Below, piece after piece: positions 1 through 11,038 of a DNA stretch of 64,000 nucleotides (positions are counted from its first letter, which is position 1; each line of letters opens with the position of its first letter). The notes below the pieces were generated by a model. It searched no databases, was not told the origin of the DNA, and saw only the letters and a program-made list of their open reading frames with translations. Position numbers and translations under genes: made by a program. The stretch is from Desulfosoma sp. Its GTDB lineage: Bacteria > Desulfobacterota > Syntrophobacteria > Syntrophobacterales > DSM-9756. Location of the stretch: positions 93,505-157,504 of the forward strand of contig JBBFKW010000012.1 in the NCBI GenBank assembly GCA_037481835.1. Reading direction: 5' to 3'.

Positions 1-234
1 GACCAGGGGATCGTGGTCATCGATATCGGCCACTTCGCCTCCGAAGCCTTCGTGGTCGCCCCTCTGGCCGAAGCCCTTGCGGCTGCAGCCCGAAGCCGCG
101 GCGCTGTTTTGGAAGTCATGGCGTCCACCGTGGAAAAAGACCCGTTCGTCACGGTGATTTTCAATGCACACAGGAGGGAATGCGTTGCAGGAGCAATTGA
201 AATATCTGGTGGAACTGCAGATTCTGGAAAATAA
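1..234 (+). CDS. Nif3-like dinuclear metal-centre protein, C-terminal part (5'-truncated by window)
   Basis: Frame 1 reads DQGIVVIDIGHFASEAF, matching the Nif3 C-terminal ID.GH..SE motif; usual neighbour of the Zn-ribbon gene. Confidence 0.75.
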   Translation, partial: DQGIVVIDIGHFASEAFVVAPLAEALAAAARSRGAVLEVMASTVEKDPFVTVIFNAHRRECVAGAIEISGGTADSGK

Positions 235-931
235 GAAGGTGGAACTCCTGCGGCGACGCGAAGAGACGCCGCTCAAGATCGCCGCTCTGGACAAGGAATT
301 CGCCGCTTTTGAGAGCGAATATCTCCTGAAAAAGACCGAGCACGACAACGCCGTGCAGTTGCGCCGTGCAGAGGAAAAGGACATCGCGGACCTGGAAGCG
401 CGAATTCGGCGCAGCCGGCAAAAAGAACACGAGGTCAAGACCAATCGGGAGTATCATGCCCTGCTGAAGGAAATTCAGGACTTGCAAGACGAGATCCGGG
501 CACGTGAAGACCATGTGCTGGAACTTATGGAAAAAATCGAAAAGCTTGCCAAGGAACTGAAAAGCTTGGGCCAGGAGCTGGAAAAGCGCCGCAAGGAAGT
601 GGAAGAAAAAAAGACGGCCCTGCAACGGGAAAGCGATCAGGTGGAAGACAAGATCGCCCATCTGGAACGCCTTCAAGCTGAAGTCCGCCAAAAAATCACC
701 CCGTCCCTTTTCAGCAAGTGGGCTACCCTGGCGCAGCGCTACAAAGGGGTGGCCGTGGCGCCGGTCAACAACGGCGTCTGCCAGATCTGCCACCTGAACA
801 TTCCCCCTCAGCGGTTCATCGAACTGCTGCGGGACCAGGACATCCTCACCTGTCCCCATTGCCACCGTTTTATTTATCATCCGGAAAATGAAGCCTACAA
901 AGCCGTCCACGACGATCTTAAAGACTTTTAG
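185..931 (+). CDS. Coiled-coil protein with C-terminal C4 zinc ribbon (DUF164/CT398-like)
   Basis: Long coiled coil, CQICH...CPHCHR; TTG at 185 follows AGGAGG. Confidence 0.85.
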   Translation: MQEQLKYLVELQILENKKVELLRRREETPLKIAALDKEFAAFESEYLLKKTEHDNAVQLRRAEEKDIADLEARIRRSRQKEHEVKTNREYHALLKEIQDLQDEIRAREDHVLELMEKIEKLAKELKSLGQELEKRRKEVEEKKTALQRESDQVEDKIAHLERLQAEVRQKITPSLFSKWATLAQRYKGVAVAPVNNGVCQICHLNIPPQRFIELLRDQDILTCPHCHRFIYHPENEAYKAVHDDLKDF

Positions 932-1074
932 GGCTTTGAGGCCGCTCCAGGCCCTTCCTCAAGGGCCTTTTCCCTCAGGGGCAAAAGGCTTGCCATTTCA
1001 GGTCCCCTGGACTATTTAGGGACCGCTCAGTTCGTGAAGTCGGGAACGCTATGTGACGCAGAGGAGAGCCGGCC

Positions 1075-2028
1075 ATGGCGACCTATGGTTTGAAGATCTT
1101 TTCGGGCAACAGCAACCTGGAGCTTGCTCAAAAGATCTGTGATTCTCTCGAAATCCCCTTGGGGCGCGCCTTGGTGACCACCTTTAGTGACGGGGAAATC
1201 CGCGTGGAAGTCGGGGAAAACGTGCGCGGCGCCGATGTTTTCGTCGTGCAGTCGGGAGCTCCCCCCGTGAACGATCACTTGATGGAACTCCTTGTCATGA
1301 TCGACGCCCTGAAAAGGGCCTCCGCCCGGCGCATCACCGCTGTCATCCCCTACTACAGCTATTCGCGCCAAGACCGGAAGAACAAGCCTCGCGTGCCCAT
1401 CACCGCTCGGCTCGTGGCGGACCTCATCACCAGCGTGGGCACGGACCGCATCCTCACCATGGATCTCCATGCCGGGCAGATTCAGGGTTTCTTCGACATT
1501 CCCGTGGACAATCTTTACGCCTCGCCCATCCTGCTCCCCTACATTCGCGAGCACTTCAACCACAACCTGGTGGTCGTCAGCCCAGACGCGGGTGGCGTGC
1601 CGCGGGCCCGGGCTTACGCCCAAAGGCTCCCTGCGGGTCTGGCGCTGATCGACAAGCGCCGCGTGGACGTCAACCAAGCCGAGGTCATGAACATCATCGG
1701 GGACGTGGCTGGCAAGACGGCGATTATTTTGGACGACATGGCGGATACGGCCGGCACCTTGGTGGAAGCGACCCGCGCCTTGCTGGATCGGGGCGCGAGC
1801 GAAGTCCACGCGTGCGTCACCCACCCCGTGTTGTCGGGGCCCGCCGTGGAACGGATTGAAAAAAGCGAGCTGAAAAGCCTCGTGGTCACGGACACGCTGC
1901 CGCTTCGACCCCAAGCCGCCCACTGCGACAAGATCAAGGTCGTCTCAGCAGCCCGCTTGTTCAGTCAGGCCATCAAGAGCATCCACAACGAGGACAGCAT
2001 CAGCAGTCTTTTCGATATCCAGCATTAG
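1075..2028 (+). CDS. prs: Ribose-phosphate pyrophosphokinase
   Basis: [39 protein letters not shown] motifs. Confidence 0.97.
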   Translation: MATYGLKIFSGNSNLELAQKICDSLEIPLGRALVTTFSDGEIRVEVGENVRGADVFVVQSGAPPVNDHLMELLVMIDALKRASARRITAVIPYYSYSRQDRKNKPRVPITARLVADLITSVGTDRILTMDLHAGQIQGFFDIPVDNLYASPILLPYIREHFNHNLVVVSPDAGGVPRARAYAQRLPAGLALIDKRRVDVNQAEVMNIIGDVAGKTAIILDDMADTAGTLVEATRALLDRGASEVHACVTHPVLSGPAVERIEKSELKSLVVTDTLPLRPQAAHCDKIKVVSAARLFSQAIKSIHNEDSISSLFDIQH

Positions 2029-2209
2029 GCCCTCGCCGTAAGGCCATGTTTTCCGAAGGAACGCGAGGATTTCGTCCCCCATTTCGGACAGGCCGGAACC
2101 CCGCGATCCCCAGAAAGATTTGTCTCACGGCTCTCGGGGGAAAAGCCCGGAGCCCCAGGCCTTGCAAAGCCTTGAGAAATCCCACGGTGCCCGAGCGGGA
2201 GGGTGCAGT

Positions 2210-3517
2210 ATGAACTCCGACCGATACCTCTACGGGCTCGACGATCCCCCTCCCCTCGCCCTATCCATCGTTTACGCCGTCCAATGGGCCGTCATCATCT
2301 TCCCGGCCTACGTCATCGCGGCCAAGATCGTCGCCCAAGCCATGGCCCTTCCTGCAAGTTTAGAAGCCCGCTTTCTCCAGGTGACCCTTGTCTGCTCGGG
2401 GCTGGGCACCCTGGTCCAAACTCTATGGGGACACCGGTACCCTCTCGTGGAAGGACCGGCGACGGCCCATCTCCTGACTTTTGTGTCCTTGAGCCCACTT
2501 GGTCTTGGAGCCGTTCAGGGAGCGACTTTGGCCGCAGCGGCCTGCTTGGCCGTCCTCGCCGCCACGGGCGCCGTGAAGCCTCTGTTACGCCTTTTCACCC
2601 CCAACGTGGTGGGCGTGATCTTGATGCTCATCGCCTTTTCTTTGCTCCCCCATCTCATCCCACCCATGCTGGGCCTGGATTCCCGACACGGGGAGGCGTC
2701 CGCCCTCATCCTGGTCGTGAGCCTGGCCTTGATGGTGATCATGGCCGTTTTGGGGCATCGCCTCCGGGGCCTGTGGAAGACGTGCAACATGGCGTTGGGA
2801 CTTCTTTTGGGAACGGTCCTTTTCGCCTTCCTGGGCAGGATCTCGTGGGCCCCCATCCTCGCTTCGCCTTGGCTTTCGCTCCCTCGACCGTGGTCGCCCT
2901 TTTCTCCGCAATGGCACGGAGACGCCTTTATCGCCTTCCTGCTCACCTACGTGGCCATTGCGGTCAACAGCATGGGAAGCATCCAGGGCATCGCGGCGGT
3001 CACGCAACCCGGCCGGCTTGACGGCGCGCTCCGCCGGGGGCTTTTGACGACCGGGGTCAGCGGGATGGTATGCGCCTTTTTCGGGGTCGTTGGCACCGTT
3101 TCCTATAGCACCGGCCCCGGTGTGGTTTTGGCCAGCCGCGTGGCCAGCCGCTTTCCTCTGGCCTGGTGCGGCCTGCTGGTGACGGCGGCGGCCTTTTTCC
3201 CAAAAGTCGCCGCCGCCCTCACACTGATCCCGTCGGCCGTGGTGGCTTCCGCTTTGTGTGTCGCCATGGCGGGACAGCTGGGCGCCGGCTTGGCCGTGAT
3301 CGCCGCCGGAAGGACCTTGGCCGCGCGGGACTATTTCGTGGTGGGCATACCCGTGCTTGTCGGCACGCTCTTGGCCTTCCTGCCTCAGTCCTTTATAGTA
3401 TCCCTGTCCGGCATGGGCCGGGTCTTTTTGGGAAACGGCCTGGTTTCAGGGATCGTCCTCGTGATGTTTCTGGAACACGGCGTGTTCGTCCAACCCAAGA
3501 AGGAGTCTTCGCCTTGA
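2210..3517 (+). CDS. NCS2 (uracil/xanthine) permease family transporter
   Basis: Highly hydrophobic; [20 protein letters not shown] 2210 after GGGAGG. Confidence 0.8.
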   Translation: MNSDRYLYGLDDPPPLALSIVYAVQWAVIIFPAYVIAAKIVAQAMALPASLEARFLQVTLVCSGLGTLVQTLWGHRYPLVEGPATAHLLTFVSLSPLGLGAVQGATLAAAACLAVLAATGAVKPLLRLFTPNVVGVILMLIAFSLLPHLIPPMLGLDSRHGEASALILVVSLALMVIMAVLGHRLRGLWKTCNMALGLLLGTVLFAFLGRISWAPILASPWLSLPRPWSPFSPQWHGDAFIAFLLTYVAIAVNSMGSIQGIAAVTQPGRLDGALRRGLLTTGVSGMVCAFFGVVGTVSYSTGPGVVLASRVASRFPLAWCGLLVTAAAFFPKVAAALTLIPSAVVASALCVAMAGQLGAGLAVIAAGRTLAARDYFVVGIPVLVGTLLAFLPQSFIVSLSGMGRVFLGNGLVSGIVLVMFLEHGVFVQPKKESSP

Positions 3518-3981
3518 AAGCGCCTGTGGTCTCGTGCCCTCGATGCGGCGCCCCTGTGGCCGTACAGCGCAACCCCGCCCTCACGGTGGACATCATCATC
3601 CATCCGGTGCAAAACCCCGCAAGCGTGGTCCTCATCCAACGCCGCCACCCGCCGCTGGGCTGGGCCCTTCCCGGCGGCTTCGTGGACTACGGCGAAAGCC
3701 TGGAACAGGCGGCTCGACGGGAGGCCAAGGAAGAAACCGGCTTGGATCTGACGGACCTAAGGCAGTTTCGAGCCTATTCCGACCCGGCACGCGATCCCCG
3801 TCAGCATACCGTCACCGTGGTCTTCTCGGCCCAAGGCTCGGGACAGGCTCATGCCGCGGATGATGCCCGGGATCTCAAAATTTTCCCGCTGAACGCCCTT
3901 CCCGAAAACATGGCGTTCGACCATGGCCGGATTCTCAAAGACTATATTCGTTGGTCGCTTGAAGGGATCCTGCCCTCATGA
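3514..3981 (+). CDS. NUDIX hydrolase with N-terminal CxxC
   Basis: [24 protein letters not shown]udix box, RDPR motif; TTG overlapping upstream TGA, AAGGAG RBS. Confidence 0.9.
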   Translation: MKAPVVSCPRCGAPVAVQRNPALTVDIIIHPVQNPASVVLIQRRHPPLGWALPGGFVDYGESLEQAARREAKEETGLDLTDLRQFRAYSDPARDPRQHTVTVVFSAQGSGQAHAADDARDLKIFPLNALPENMAFDHGRILKDYIRWSLEGILPS

Positions 3982-4799
3982 GCGTCACCCCCCCTTCCCC
4001 CACGACGCCCAACGATCAGGAAAAGGTGGCGTGCGTTTCCGCATGGCTCTATTCGGCCGACGGCCCTGTGGAACGCGTCCGCCAATGGGTGATCGAGGAA
4101 ACCCCCGTCACCCTTTATATCAACGAGCAGGAGATCGTGACCCTGCTCTGCGCCGGGCATCACCTCGATGAGCTGGCCGTCGGGTTTGCCTATGCCGAAG
4201 GGTTCTTGGACGGCCCGGAAGATCTGAAAAGCGTCACGGTCGATCGGGAAAACGGCCGCGTTTTTCTTGAGCTCCAAGGGGATGCGCCCCTCGCGGCACG
4301 TTTGTGGAACAGGCGCACCATAACGTCAGGATGCGGCAAAGGAACGGTTTTCTACAACGCCCTCGACGCCCTCTTGGCCCGCCCCATGGAAAGCGGTCCC
4401 CAAATTCCGGCTCGATCGGTCTGGGAGCGCATGGAAGATCTCCATCGGTTGAGTCAAACCTACCGCAGAACTCATGGGGTCCATAACTGCGCTTTGGCCG
4501 ACGCCTCGGCCATCCGACTGTTTCGGGACGACATCGGCCGTCACAACGCGGTGGATATGCTCATCGGACACAGCGTGTTGCACGGTGTGGTTCTGGACGA
4601 TAAGATGCTCGTCACGACGGGGCGGCTCACATCGGAAATCGTCATCAAGGCCGCAAAGGTCGGCCTTCCCGTGCTGGTGAGCCGCAATACGGCGACGACC
4701 CTGGCCATTCGTTTGGCGGAAGCGGTGAACATGACGCTCATCGGATACACCAGGGCCGGCAAGTTTACGGTCTACAGCGGCGAGAAGCGTCTGCGATGA
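3978..4799 (+). CDS. fdhD: Formate dehydrogenase accessory sulfurtransferase FdhD
   Basis: [34 protein letters not shown]. Confidence 0.93.
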   Translation: MSVTPPSPTTPNDQEKVACVSAWLYSADGPVERVRQWVIEETPVTLYINEQEIVTLLCAGHHLDELAVGFAYAEGFLDGPEDLKSVTVDRENGRVFLELQGDAPLAARLWNRRTITSGCGKGTVFYNALDALLARPMESGPQIPARSVWERMEDLHRLSQTYRRTHGVHNCALADASAIRLFRDDIGRHNAVDMLIGHSVLHGVVLDDKMLVTTGRLTSEIVIKAAKVGLPVLVSRNTATTLAIRLAEAVNMTLIGYTRAGKFTVYSGEKRLR

Positions 4800-6007
4800 A
4801 GAAGCCCCCTAGCCGTACGCCAAGGGCCGGCGACGATCCGGAAATTTACCTGGACCATGCCGCCACGAGCTTTCCCAAGCCGAAAGGCGTTCTCAAGCAG
4901 GTCGCATGGGCTGTGGAGGCCTTGGCGTCACCGGGCAGGGGCCATTCCCGAGGGGCCATGGAAGCCGCTGCGGTTCTGGACTCCGCCCGGCGCAAAGCCG
5001 CCCGGTTTTTCGGCATAGCCGATCCGTCGAGACTCGTTTTCACAAAGAGCGCTACGGAAAGCCTCAATGTGGTCCTCAAGGGATTTCTCAAACGAGGCGA
5101 CCGCGTGGTCACGACTTCCATGGAACACAATGCCGTCGCCCGACCTCTTTCGCGCCTGGCGGCGACACGGGATGTGCACGTCATCCGCGTGCCGTGCCGT
5201 GCCGACGGATCCCTGGACGAGGACGCTTTCCGCCGCGCCCTGGATCCGCCGCCGGCCTTGGCGGTCTTGATCCACGCCTCCAACGTGAACGGCGCCTTGG
5301 TGGCCGGACCGGAAGTGCTGGCCCTGTGCCGGAGCCGCGGCGTTCCCGTTCTGCTCGATGCCGCCCAGACGGCAGGACTCCTTTCCATCAATGTTGCGGA
5401 ACATGATCTCGGCATGCTCGCCTGCTCCGGGCACAAGGGGCTCCTCGGACCTCCCGGCGTCGGCCTCCTCTACATCCGCCCCGATTTGGACGTGGAACCC
5501 CTCATCGACGGGGGCACCGGCAGTCGCTCCGAAGAATGGGTCCAACCTCGGCACATGCCCGATTGCTTCGAAAGCGGGACGCCCAATGTTCCCGGCATCG
5601 CCGGAGTCGCTGCGGGCCTGGAACATCTCGCCTCCATGGGAGTCGATGCGCTGGGTGCCCGCGAACTGGAGCTCGCTCAATATGCGGCCGAAAACCTGGA
5701 AGGGATCGCCGGCGTTCGTGTCTACCGCCCCGCCGTCCGCGGCGGCAACGCGGTTTCTTTTACCGTCGAAGGGATGTCTCCCGTCGATGTGGCCATGATC
5801 TTGGGCGGCTCGGGGATTGCGGTACGAGCCGGGCTCCACTGCGCGCCCTGGGCCCATCAGAGCCTGGGCACCTACCCCGAAGGAACCGTCCGGCTCTCTC
5901 CCGGGTGGTGCACAACCCAGGCCGATGTGGACGCAGCGCTCAGATCCGTTGAGGCTTTGGTCTTGCGCCGGTGCCGTAGAATCCGCGGAAGGGAAAAGAC
6001 CTTATGA
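4796..6007 (+). CDS. Cysteine desulfurase family PLP enzyme (class V aminotransferase)
   Basis: YLDHAATSFPKP, EHNAV, DAAQTAG, SGHKGLLGP, RAGLHCAP. Confidence 0.92.
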   Translation: MKKPPSRTPRAGDDPEIYLDHAATSFPKPKGVLKQVAWAVEALASPGRGHSRGAMEAAAVLDSARRKAARFFGIADPSRLVFTKSATESLNVVLKGFLKRGDRVVTTSMEHNAVARPLSRLAATRDVHVIRVPCRADGSLDEDAFRRALDPPPALAVLIHASNVNGALVAGPEVLALCRSRGVPVLLDAAQTAGLLSINVAEHDLGMLACSGHKGLLGPPGVGLLYIRPDLDVEPLIDGGTGSRSEEWVQPRHMPDCFESGTPNVPGIAGVAAGLEHLASMGVDALGARELELAQYAAENLEGIAGVRVYRPAVRGGNAVSFTVEGMSPVDVAMILGGSGIAVRAGLHCAPWAHQSLGTYPEGTVRLSPGWCTTQADVDAALRSVEALVLRRCRRIRGREKTL

Positions 6008-6483
6008 TTCGAAAAGCCCGGATCGGCGATGTCAAAGAGCTGCACAAAATGCTCAACGCCTTCGCCGCCGAAGGAAAACTCCTGCCCCGTTCGTTGAGCG
6101 ACCTCTACACGCACATTCGGGAATTCGTTGTCTGGCAATCCCCAGAAAACGGCAAGATTCTCGGCTGCTGCTGCTTGCATATCGTCTGGGAGGATCTGGC
6201 GGAAATCCGTTCCTTGGCTGTCCTGCCGGAGCGACAGGGTCAAGGCATCGGCACCGCTTTGGTGCGCGCGTGTTTGAACGAAGCCCGTGACTTGGGCATC
6301 TTTCGGGTGTTCGTCCTGACGTACGAGGTGCGGTTTTTCCAAAACTTGGGCTTTCGAGTGACCGACAAGCAGGTGTTTCCCCAAAAAATTTGGGCGGACT
6401 GCCTCCACTGCACCAAGTTTCCCGACTGTGACGAAACAGCCATGGTTTTGGACCTCGCAGACGTCCAGGGGGCGAGTGGATGA
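6004..6483 (+). CDS. GNAT acetyltransferase (short ArgA-like N-acetylglutamate synthase type)
   Basis: LAEIRSLAV, QGQGIG, KIWADCLHCTKFPDCDE tail. Confidence 0.85.
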   Translation: MIRKARIGDVKELHKMLNAFAAEGKLLPRSLSDLYTHIREFVVWQSPENGKILGCCCLHIVWEDLAEIRSLAVLPERQGQGIGTALVRACLNEARDLGIFRVFVLTYEVRFFQNLGFRVTDKQVFPQKIWADCLHCTKFPDCDETAMVLDLADVQGASG

Positions 6484-7346
6484 GGCCACCGATCCTCGCC
6501 AAAAGGATGAAACCGGCGGTGCTCATGCTCGCCGCAGCAGCGCTCTTCCTCTTTTCGGGCTGTGCCTCTCGAGAAGTCCCGCAGCCGGCTCCGAAGCCCG
6601 CTGCGGCCCCCACGCCTTCGCCCGTGCAGCCCGCGTCGCCACCGGGATCGCAGGATTCGGTCGCCGGAACGCAACGCATCCACGTGGTGCAGGAACCCCT
6701 TGTCGAGTCCAAGACCCCACGAACGGTCATTCACGAAGTCGCCCCCATGGAAACCGTCTGGCGCCTTTCCAAGATGTACGGGGTCTCCATGGAATCCATC
6801 TACCGGGCCAACGGGCTCAAGCCCGGCGCTCCCATCTCCATCGGCCAGAAACTCACCATTCCCAACGCCACTCAATTCCAGAACATCATCCCGCTCTATC
6901 CCAGTACCTGTTGGCGCTGGATCGTCATTCATCACACGGCGACGGACATCGGCAAGGCCGCCCTGATCCATTACAATCACCAAGACCGCGGCTTCTGGAA
7001 CGGGTTGGGCTATCACTTCCTCATCGACAACGGCAGCCTTGGCAAAGGAGACGGTCAAATCGAGGTCTCCCCCCGGTGGATCAAGCAGCAGAAGGGCGCC
7101 CATTGTAAGGTCGGCGGAATGAACGAAATGGGAATCGGGGTGGCCCTTGTGGGCAACTTCGACGAAGGGTTGCCGACGACGAAGCAGATGCAGTCCTTGG
7201 CGCGGCTCATTCGTGAACTGACCCACTATTACCGCATCCCGGCAAGAAACATCGTGGGGCACGGCGACGTGCCGGGAGCCCGCACGGATTGTCCCGGGAA
7301 GCGCTTTCCCTGGGCCGAACTGCAACGTCTCCTCGCCGCACGCTAA
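6480..7346 (+). CDS. Lipoprotein with LysM and N-acetylmuramoyl-L-alanine amidase (Amidase_2) domains
   Basis: Lipobox LFSGC; LysM ETVWRLSKMYGV; IVIHHT, GYHFLI, GAH, HGDV..TDCPG. Confidence 0.9.
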   Translation: MRPPILAKRMKPAVLMLAAAALFLFSGCASREVPQPAPKPAAAPTPSPVQPASPPGSQDSVAGTQRIHVVQEPLVESKTPRTVIHEVAPMETVWRLSKMYGVSMESIYRANGLKPGAPISIGQKLTIPNATQFQNIIPLYPSTCWRWIVIHHTATDIGKAALIHYNHQDRGFWNGLGYHFLIDNGSLGKGDGQIEVSPRWIKQQKGAHCKVGGMNEMGIGVALVGNFDEGLPTTKQMQSLARLIRELTHYYRIPARNIVGHGDVPGARTDCPGKRFPWAELQRLLAAR

Positions 7347-7984
7347 TCCTTCTTCCAATAGGCGTGCAGGTAAGATCCCCTCTGTGACGTCGCGTTCCCC
7401 AATGCCAAGGACCTTATGGCCATGAGACCGTGAAAGGATTCCGGATAGGGACTTGGGGCGTAGTACAGGAAAAGAACGTGTTCGGCCCCGTCCTGTGCAA
7501 CCTTTGCCGCCAGCCGATGATGGTCGTTGGCGTAGTTGAAGACGACGTCGAAGTTTCCAAAAGCCGTTCCATGCCGGATGTATGTGTCCTCATCGCAGAA
7601 GTCCCCGCACCAGATGGTGGGCGGAGCCTCCTCTGTGCGGTAGAAAGGACGGAAAACAGCCGCGTTGGCGAGCGAACGGCGCCACAAGGCGTCGTCGTAT
7701 TCCACCCCGAAGGTTTTCAGGCCAAAGACCAAAGACGCCAGAATCACGATACGGCCGTCCCCACTTCCCGCATCGAGGAAAGTCTGATTCGACCGAAGGA
7801 GGCCTTCAGCCATGAGTTTCGCCAGGCCCAGGTGAACGTTTTCCAAGGAGGAGGGGACAAATTCCCCGGCGCCGGTGACGGCGTACACGCCGAAACGACG
7901 GTCTTCCCGCGCATAATGGGCCTGGATGGCGCGCAGGAGACCCTTGGAGGACTCATGGGGCAGGGAGCCATCGGCGCCAGGCAT
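7343..7984 (-). CDS. Class I SAM-dependent methyltransferase (DOT1-like)
   Basis: FLDAGSGDGRIV, GVEYD, GDF, VVFNY; start uncertain (7984 or 8053). Confidence 0.7.
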   Translation of the reverse strand: MPGADGSLPHESSKGLLRAIQAHYAREDRRFGVYAVTGAGEFVPSSLENVHLGLAKLMAEGLLRSNQTFLDAGSGDGRIVILASLVFGLKTFGVEYDDALWRRSLANAAVFRPFYRTEEAPPTIWCGDFCDEDTYIRHGTAFGNFDVVFNYANDHHRLAAKVAQDGAEHVLFLYYAPSPYPESFHGLMAIRSLALGNATSQRGSYLHAYWKKD

Positions 7985-8582
7985 CGGCGGGGGCGGGGAA
8001 TCGGGTCGTTCCTTTGGGATCCTGAAGCTGTTCCTTTCGGCGTTGGGATTCATGGCAGCGGCTTTCTCGAGCGATCTGGGACGTGAGTGAAAGTTTCAGC
8101 GCATTGCCCTGGGTGTGCTCTTCGTCGTCTCCGTCGTAATGGCTTAAAACCATGCTGATCTTTTCATTGTCGGCCACTTCGAAAGACCATTTCCAGGCCA
8201 CATAGGCCTGGAAGGGATCCCCCACGTATTGCGTCGGTTCCCCGTATTGTTTTTTCAAAGCATCCAAAAGCCTATCGAAGAAGGCGCGGCCGTCGTCTTC
8301 GTACTTGACTTTAATCCGCACGATGGTCCCCGGGGCGTCACAGACTCCGTAGACGATATAGCCGCTGGCAAAGCCTTGGGGAACCGACACAGCCGCTTCT
8401 TTAAGATACGGGCGCAAACGCACCGCGTAAGCATTCTCCGGCGCGATCCGGCCTTCATAAGCCTTAATGTTCGTTCCCAGCCGGTATCCCGCAATTTCCC
8501 GGGGCGGAGACTGGGCCGATGCAGCCGTCCAGACTCCGACGGTTCCAAACGCAACGCACAGGACAGTTAAAACGGATTTCAT
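7953..8582 (-). CDS. Hypothetical exported protein
   Basis: Signal peptide MKSVLTVLCVAFG...ASA; AGGGG RBS. Confidence 0.7.
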   Translation of the reverse strand: MKSVLTVLCVAFGTVGVWTAASAQSPPREIAGYRLGTNIKAYEGRIAPENAYAVRLRPYLKEAAVSVPQGFASGYIVYGVCDAPGTIVRIKVKYEDDGRAFFDRLLDALKKQYGEPTQYVGDPFQAYVAWKWSFEVADNEKISMVLSHYDGDDEEHTQGNALKLSLTSQIARESRCHESQRRKEQLQDPKGTTRFPAPADAWRRWLPAP

Positions 8583-8702
8583 GACATCCCCTTTTTGTGG
8601 AGCACGCTTTTAAAAATTGCCTTGCGCCCGGCTTTTCCAGAGCGGGGATTCCTTTTTTCACTGCCCGTTGCCGGGGCGATGTGTCGGTCTTCAAAAGTCC
8701 GC

Positions 8703-11012
8703 TCATCCGCTTCGAGTTTGCTCGGGACCCAAAAACCCCATGCCCCGCTGGCGATGCGCGTCCTGGTACACGTGGAGCTTCAACCCGGCGGAAACGTCCG
8801 GGACGTGCACGACCTTGATCACCTTTTCCCACCGGGCTTCATCGGGGCATATGTCGGAGAGCCTGTTGTGCCGCGGTGCCGCAAAGAATTCTTCACGAAA
8901 CACCTCCTGGGGATCGTCCGGGAAGACGGCGACCGGCACGATCCTCGCCTCCACCAAGTCGCTGAAAAAATGGGTCCCGAAAGACACCTCCGGCGTCACG
9001 CCTTCCGATTCAAAAGCGATCTCGCCCAGCACCAAGGCATGGTTGATGTCTTCATACCCGACGCGGACTCCCAAGTGAAGCTCGTTGGTCCCCCAACGGC
9101 CGGGCCCGAACAAGGCGAAACGCTTCCCCTGAAGGGCCCGGTTGATCCGCCCGATCACACGTCCCACGGACGCCTTCTCGGTCAAGTCCTTAAGACGCCC
9201 ATAGGCCTTCGGGTCCACGTACACCACGTAGTCCAGATTGCGCACAACGGCGTTGAAAAGCACCTTGGAATTGGTGAAGACAATCCGTTCTTCGGGGATG
9301 TCCGTCGGGATGTCCACCTGAGCCAATTCCTCGTGTACCGCCAGGGTCCGGCACTGCAACAAGAACAGCTGATCGTCGTGCCAGGCGAATTCCACATCCA
9401 CCGGGTGTTCATAGGCCTGTTCCAAGCGCCGGAGGATCTTTCGAAGCAGACCGGCAAAAGGGGAACGGCGCAGCAGGTTGTCAAAGGTGACGACTGCCGT
9501 CTCCGGGGCTACGACCTGGCTTTTAAACAGGGGAGACGACACATGGTCGTCATCCACGCTGGACACCGCCCAATAGGCCGCATCCGGCGGAAGATGGGGC
9601 AACAGATCGAGAAACGAAACCGTTTCCACCCGGCCGCTCCGGAGGTTGATCCCATCCACCAGGCGCTGGGAATATTTGATGATCTGGCGCGCCGAAACTT
9701 CAGGGCGCATGTCGGGATGACTCAAGGCCACCAACCGGGGATAGTCCTGCCCGACGCGTTCCACCGCTCGCGTGCCCAAGCCGAGAACCAGTCGAGCCAT
9801 TCCGTCTTCTTCACGGATTTTCGGAGACCACCGATAGGTGTTGCGAGAAAAAGCCACTCCTGAAGCCAGGGGAAAAAAATAATCGCCGTACCGGGCCCCC
9901 ACCACTTTCTGGACGAGGACGCTCATCTTTTCATCGAAGTCCAGCAGGTTGTGATCCCTTCGATACAAGATGGGCGCCGGTGCATAGGTGCTCATGTGCA
10001 CCCTTTTGAGTCCCCAGATGAACTCCTCCAGTCGTTTTTCCAACGGGCCCTGGTTCGCCAAGAAAACGGAATCGTATTTGCCGGAAAACGCATGGCCGAA
10101 GTTGTCTTCCAAGAGACTGGACGATCTCAGGATGATCGGACATTCGCCGAGCCGTTCCAAAAATCTCCTGAACATGGCCACCATATCCGGCGGAAATGAA
10201 GCGCGGGCGAAAAGTTCCGAAATGTGTTTGTACTCCTCTTCGATGACCTCCCGGGTTTTGTACTTTTGGCTATGGAACCAGTGGAGATTGTTATAGTCGA
10301 TAAAATCTGAAAAAATACCGGAATTGAAGTAATACGATTCGGGGATGCGCAGGAATTGCTCCAACTCGGGGTCTTTGGAGGCAAGGCGCGGCAGAAGGAT
10401 CTTATAGGCAAGGAGCATCCCCGCCGCCTTGCCTCCCACTTTGCCGGATCTTCGGGGATTCCAGTAGGCATGGTCCACCATTTCGTCGATATCGCGAATG
10501 GTGATGTGTTTTTTGGCAATGCCTACAAAGGGCAGTTGGTTGGAAATGAAATGGCTGATCAGGGCCACCCGCACTCCTTCTGCTTCGCTCGGGGGGATGA
10601 ACAAATCCCCCTCGGGCAGGGCGCAGAAATCTTTAAGCGCCTTCTTGATGTGCTTCGATGTCGCCCCTTCGGTGTTGACGACCCGACTGAGAATTTGAAA
10701 TCTTTCCAGCTTCTGTGCCAGCTGGATGTGATCTTGGATGTCCTTTTCGGAGAAGGCTTGGGCGGAGAGGATGTCCGTGAGGGCGTCCGAAACCTCGCGC
10801 CGATGCTCTGCATCATCGGCCAGGTTGAGAACCCGCACGGCTTCCTCCACCATGCTTTGGAACCACGATTGCGTGACGACCCCGCGCTCCAGCAAAGAAC
10901 GCCTCAACAGGGTCCGGATGGATTCCGCCAGATTTCCACGGGCCATGATCCGTTGTTGGAGGCGGTAGGTACGAATCAGCCCGATGAGTTGTTCCGAAGG
11001 GACATTGATCAT
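8703..11012 (-). CDS. PEP/pyruvate-binding (PPDK_N, ATP-grasp) domain protein lacking phospho-His and PEP-binding domains
   Basis: GGKAAG, RSSSLLED, FSGKYDS, MSVLVQ, DVEFA, LLQCR; start 11012 or 11033. Confidence 0.85.
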   Translation of the reverse strand: MINVPSEQLIGLIRTYRLQQRIMARGNLAESIRTLLRRSLLERGVVTQSWFQSMVEEAVRVLNLADDAEHRREVSDALTDILSAQAFSEKDIQDHIQLAQKLERFQILSRVVNTEGATSKHIKKALKDFCALPEGDLFIPPSEAEGVRVALISHFISNQLPFVGIAKKHITIRDIDEMVDHAYWNPRRSGKVGGKAAGMLLAYKILLPRLASKDPELEQFLRIPESYYFNSGIFSDFIDYNNLHWFHSQKYKTREVIEEEYKHISELFARASFPPDMVAMFRRFLERLGECPIILRSSSLLEDNFGHAFSGKYDSVFLANQGPLEKRLEEFIWGLKRVHMSTYAPAPILYRRDHNLLDFDEKMSVLVQKVVGARYGDYFFPLASGVAFSRNTYRWSPKIREEDGMARLVLGLGTRAVERVGQDYPRLVALSHPDMRPEVSARQIIKYSQRLVDGINLRSGRVETVSFLDLLPHLPPDAAYWAVSSVDDDHVSSPLFKSQVVAPETAVVTFDNLLRRSPFAGLLRKILRRLEQAYEHPVDVEFAWHDDQLFLLQCRTLAVHEELAQVDIPTDIPEERIVFTNSKVLFNAVVRNLDYVVYVDPKAYGRLKDLTEKASVGRVIGRINRALQGKRFALFGPGRWGTNELHLGVRVGYEDINHALVLGEIAFESEGVTPEVSFGTHFFSDLVEARIVPVAVFPDDPQEVFREEFFAAPRHNRLSDICPDEARWEKVIKVVHVPDVSAGLKLHVYQDAHRQRGMGFLGPEQTRSG

Positions 11013-11038
11013 AAATCCTGGGTCCCCCTTCATCCCTT

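Noticed and set aside
932..1074. rnpB or tRNA often found near Zn-ribbon/prs genes
   Set aside because: Gap is only about 140 nt with no tRNA or RNase P signature
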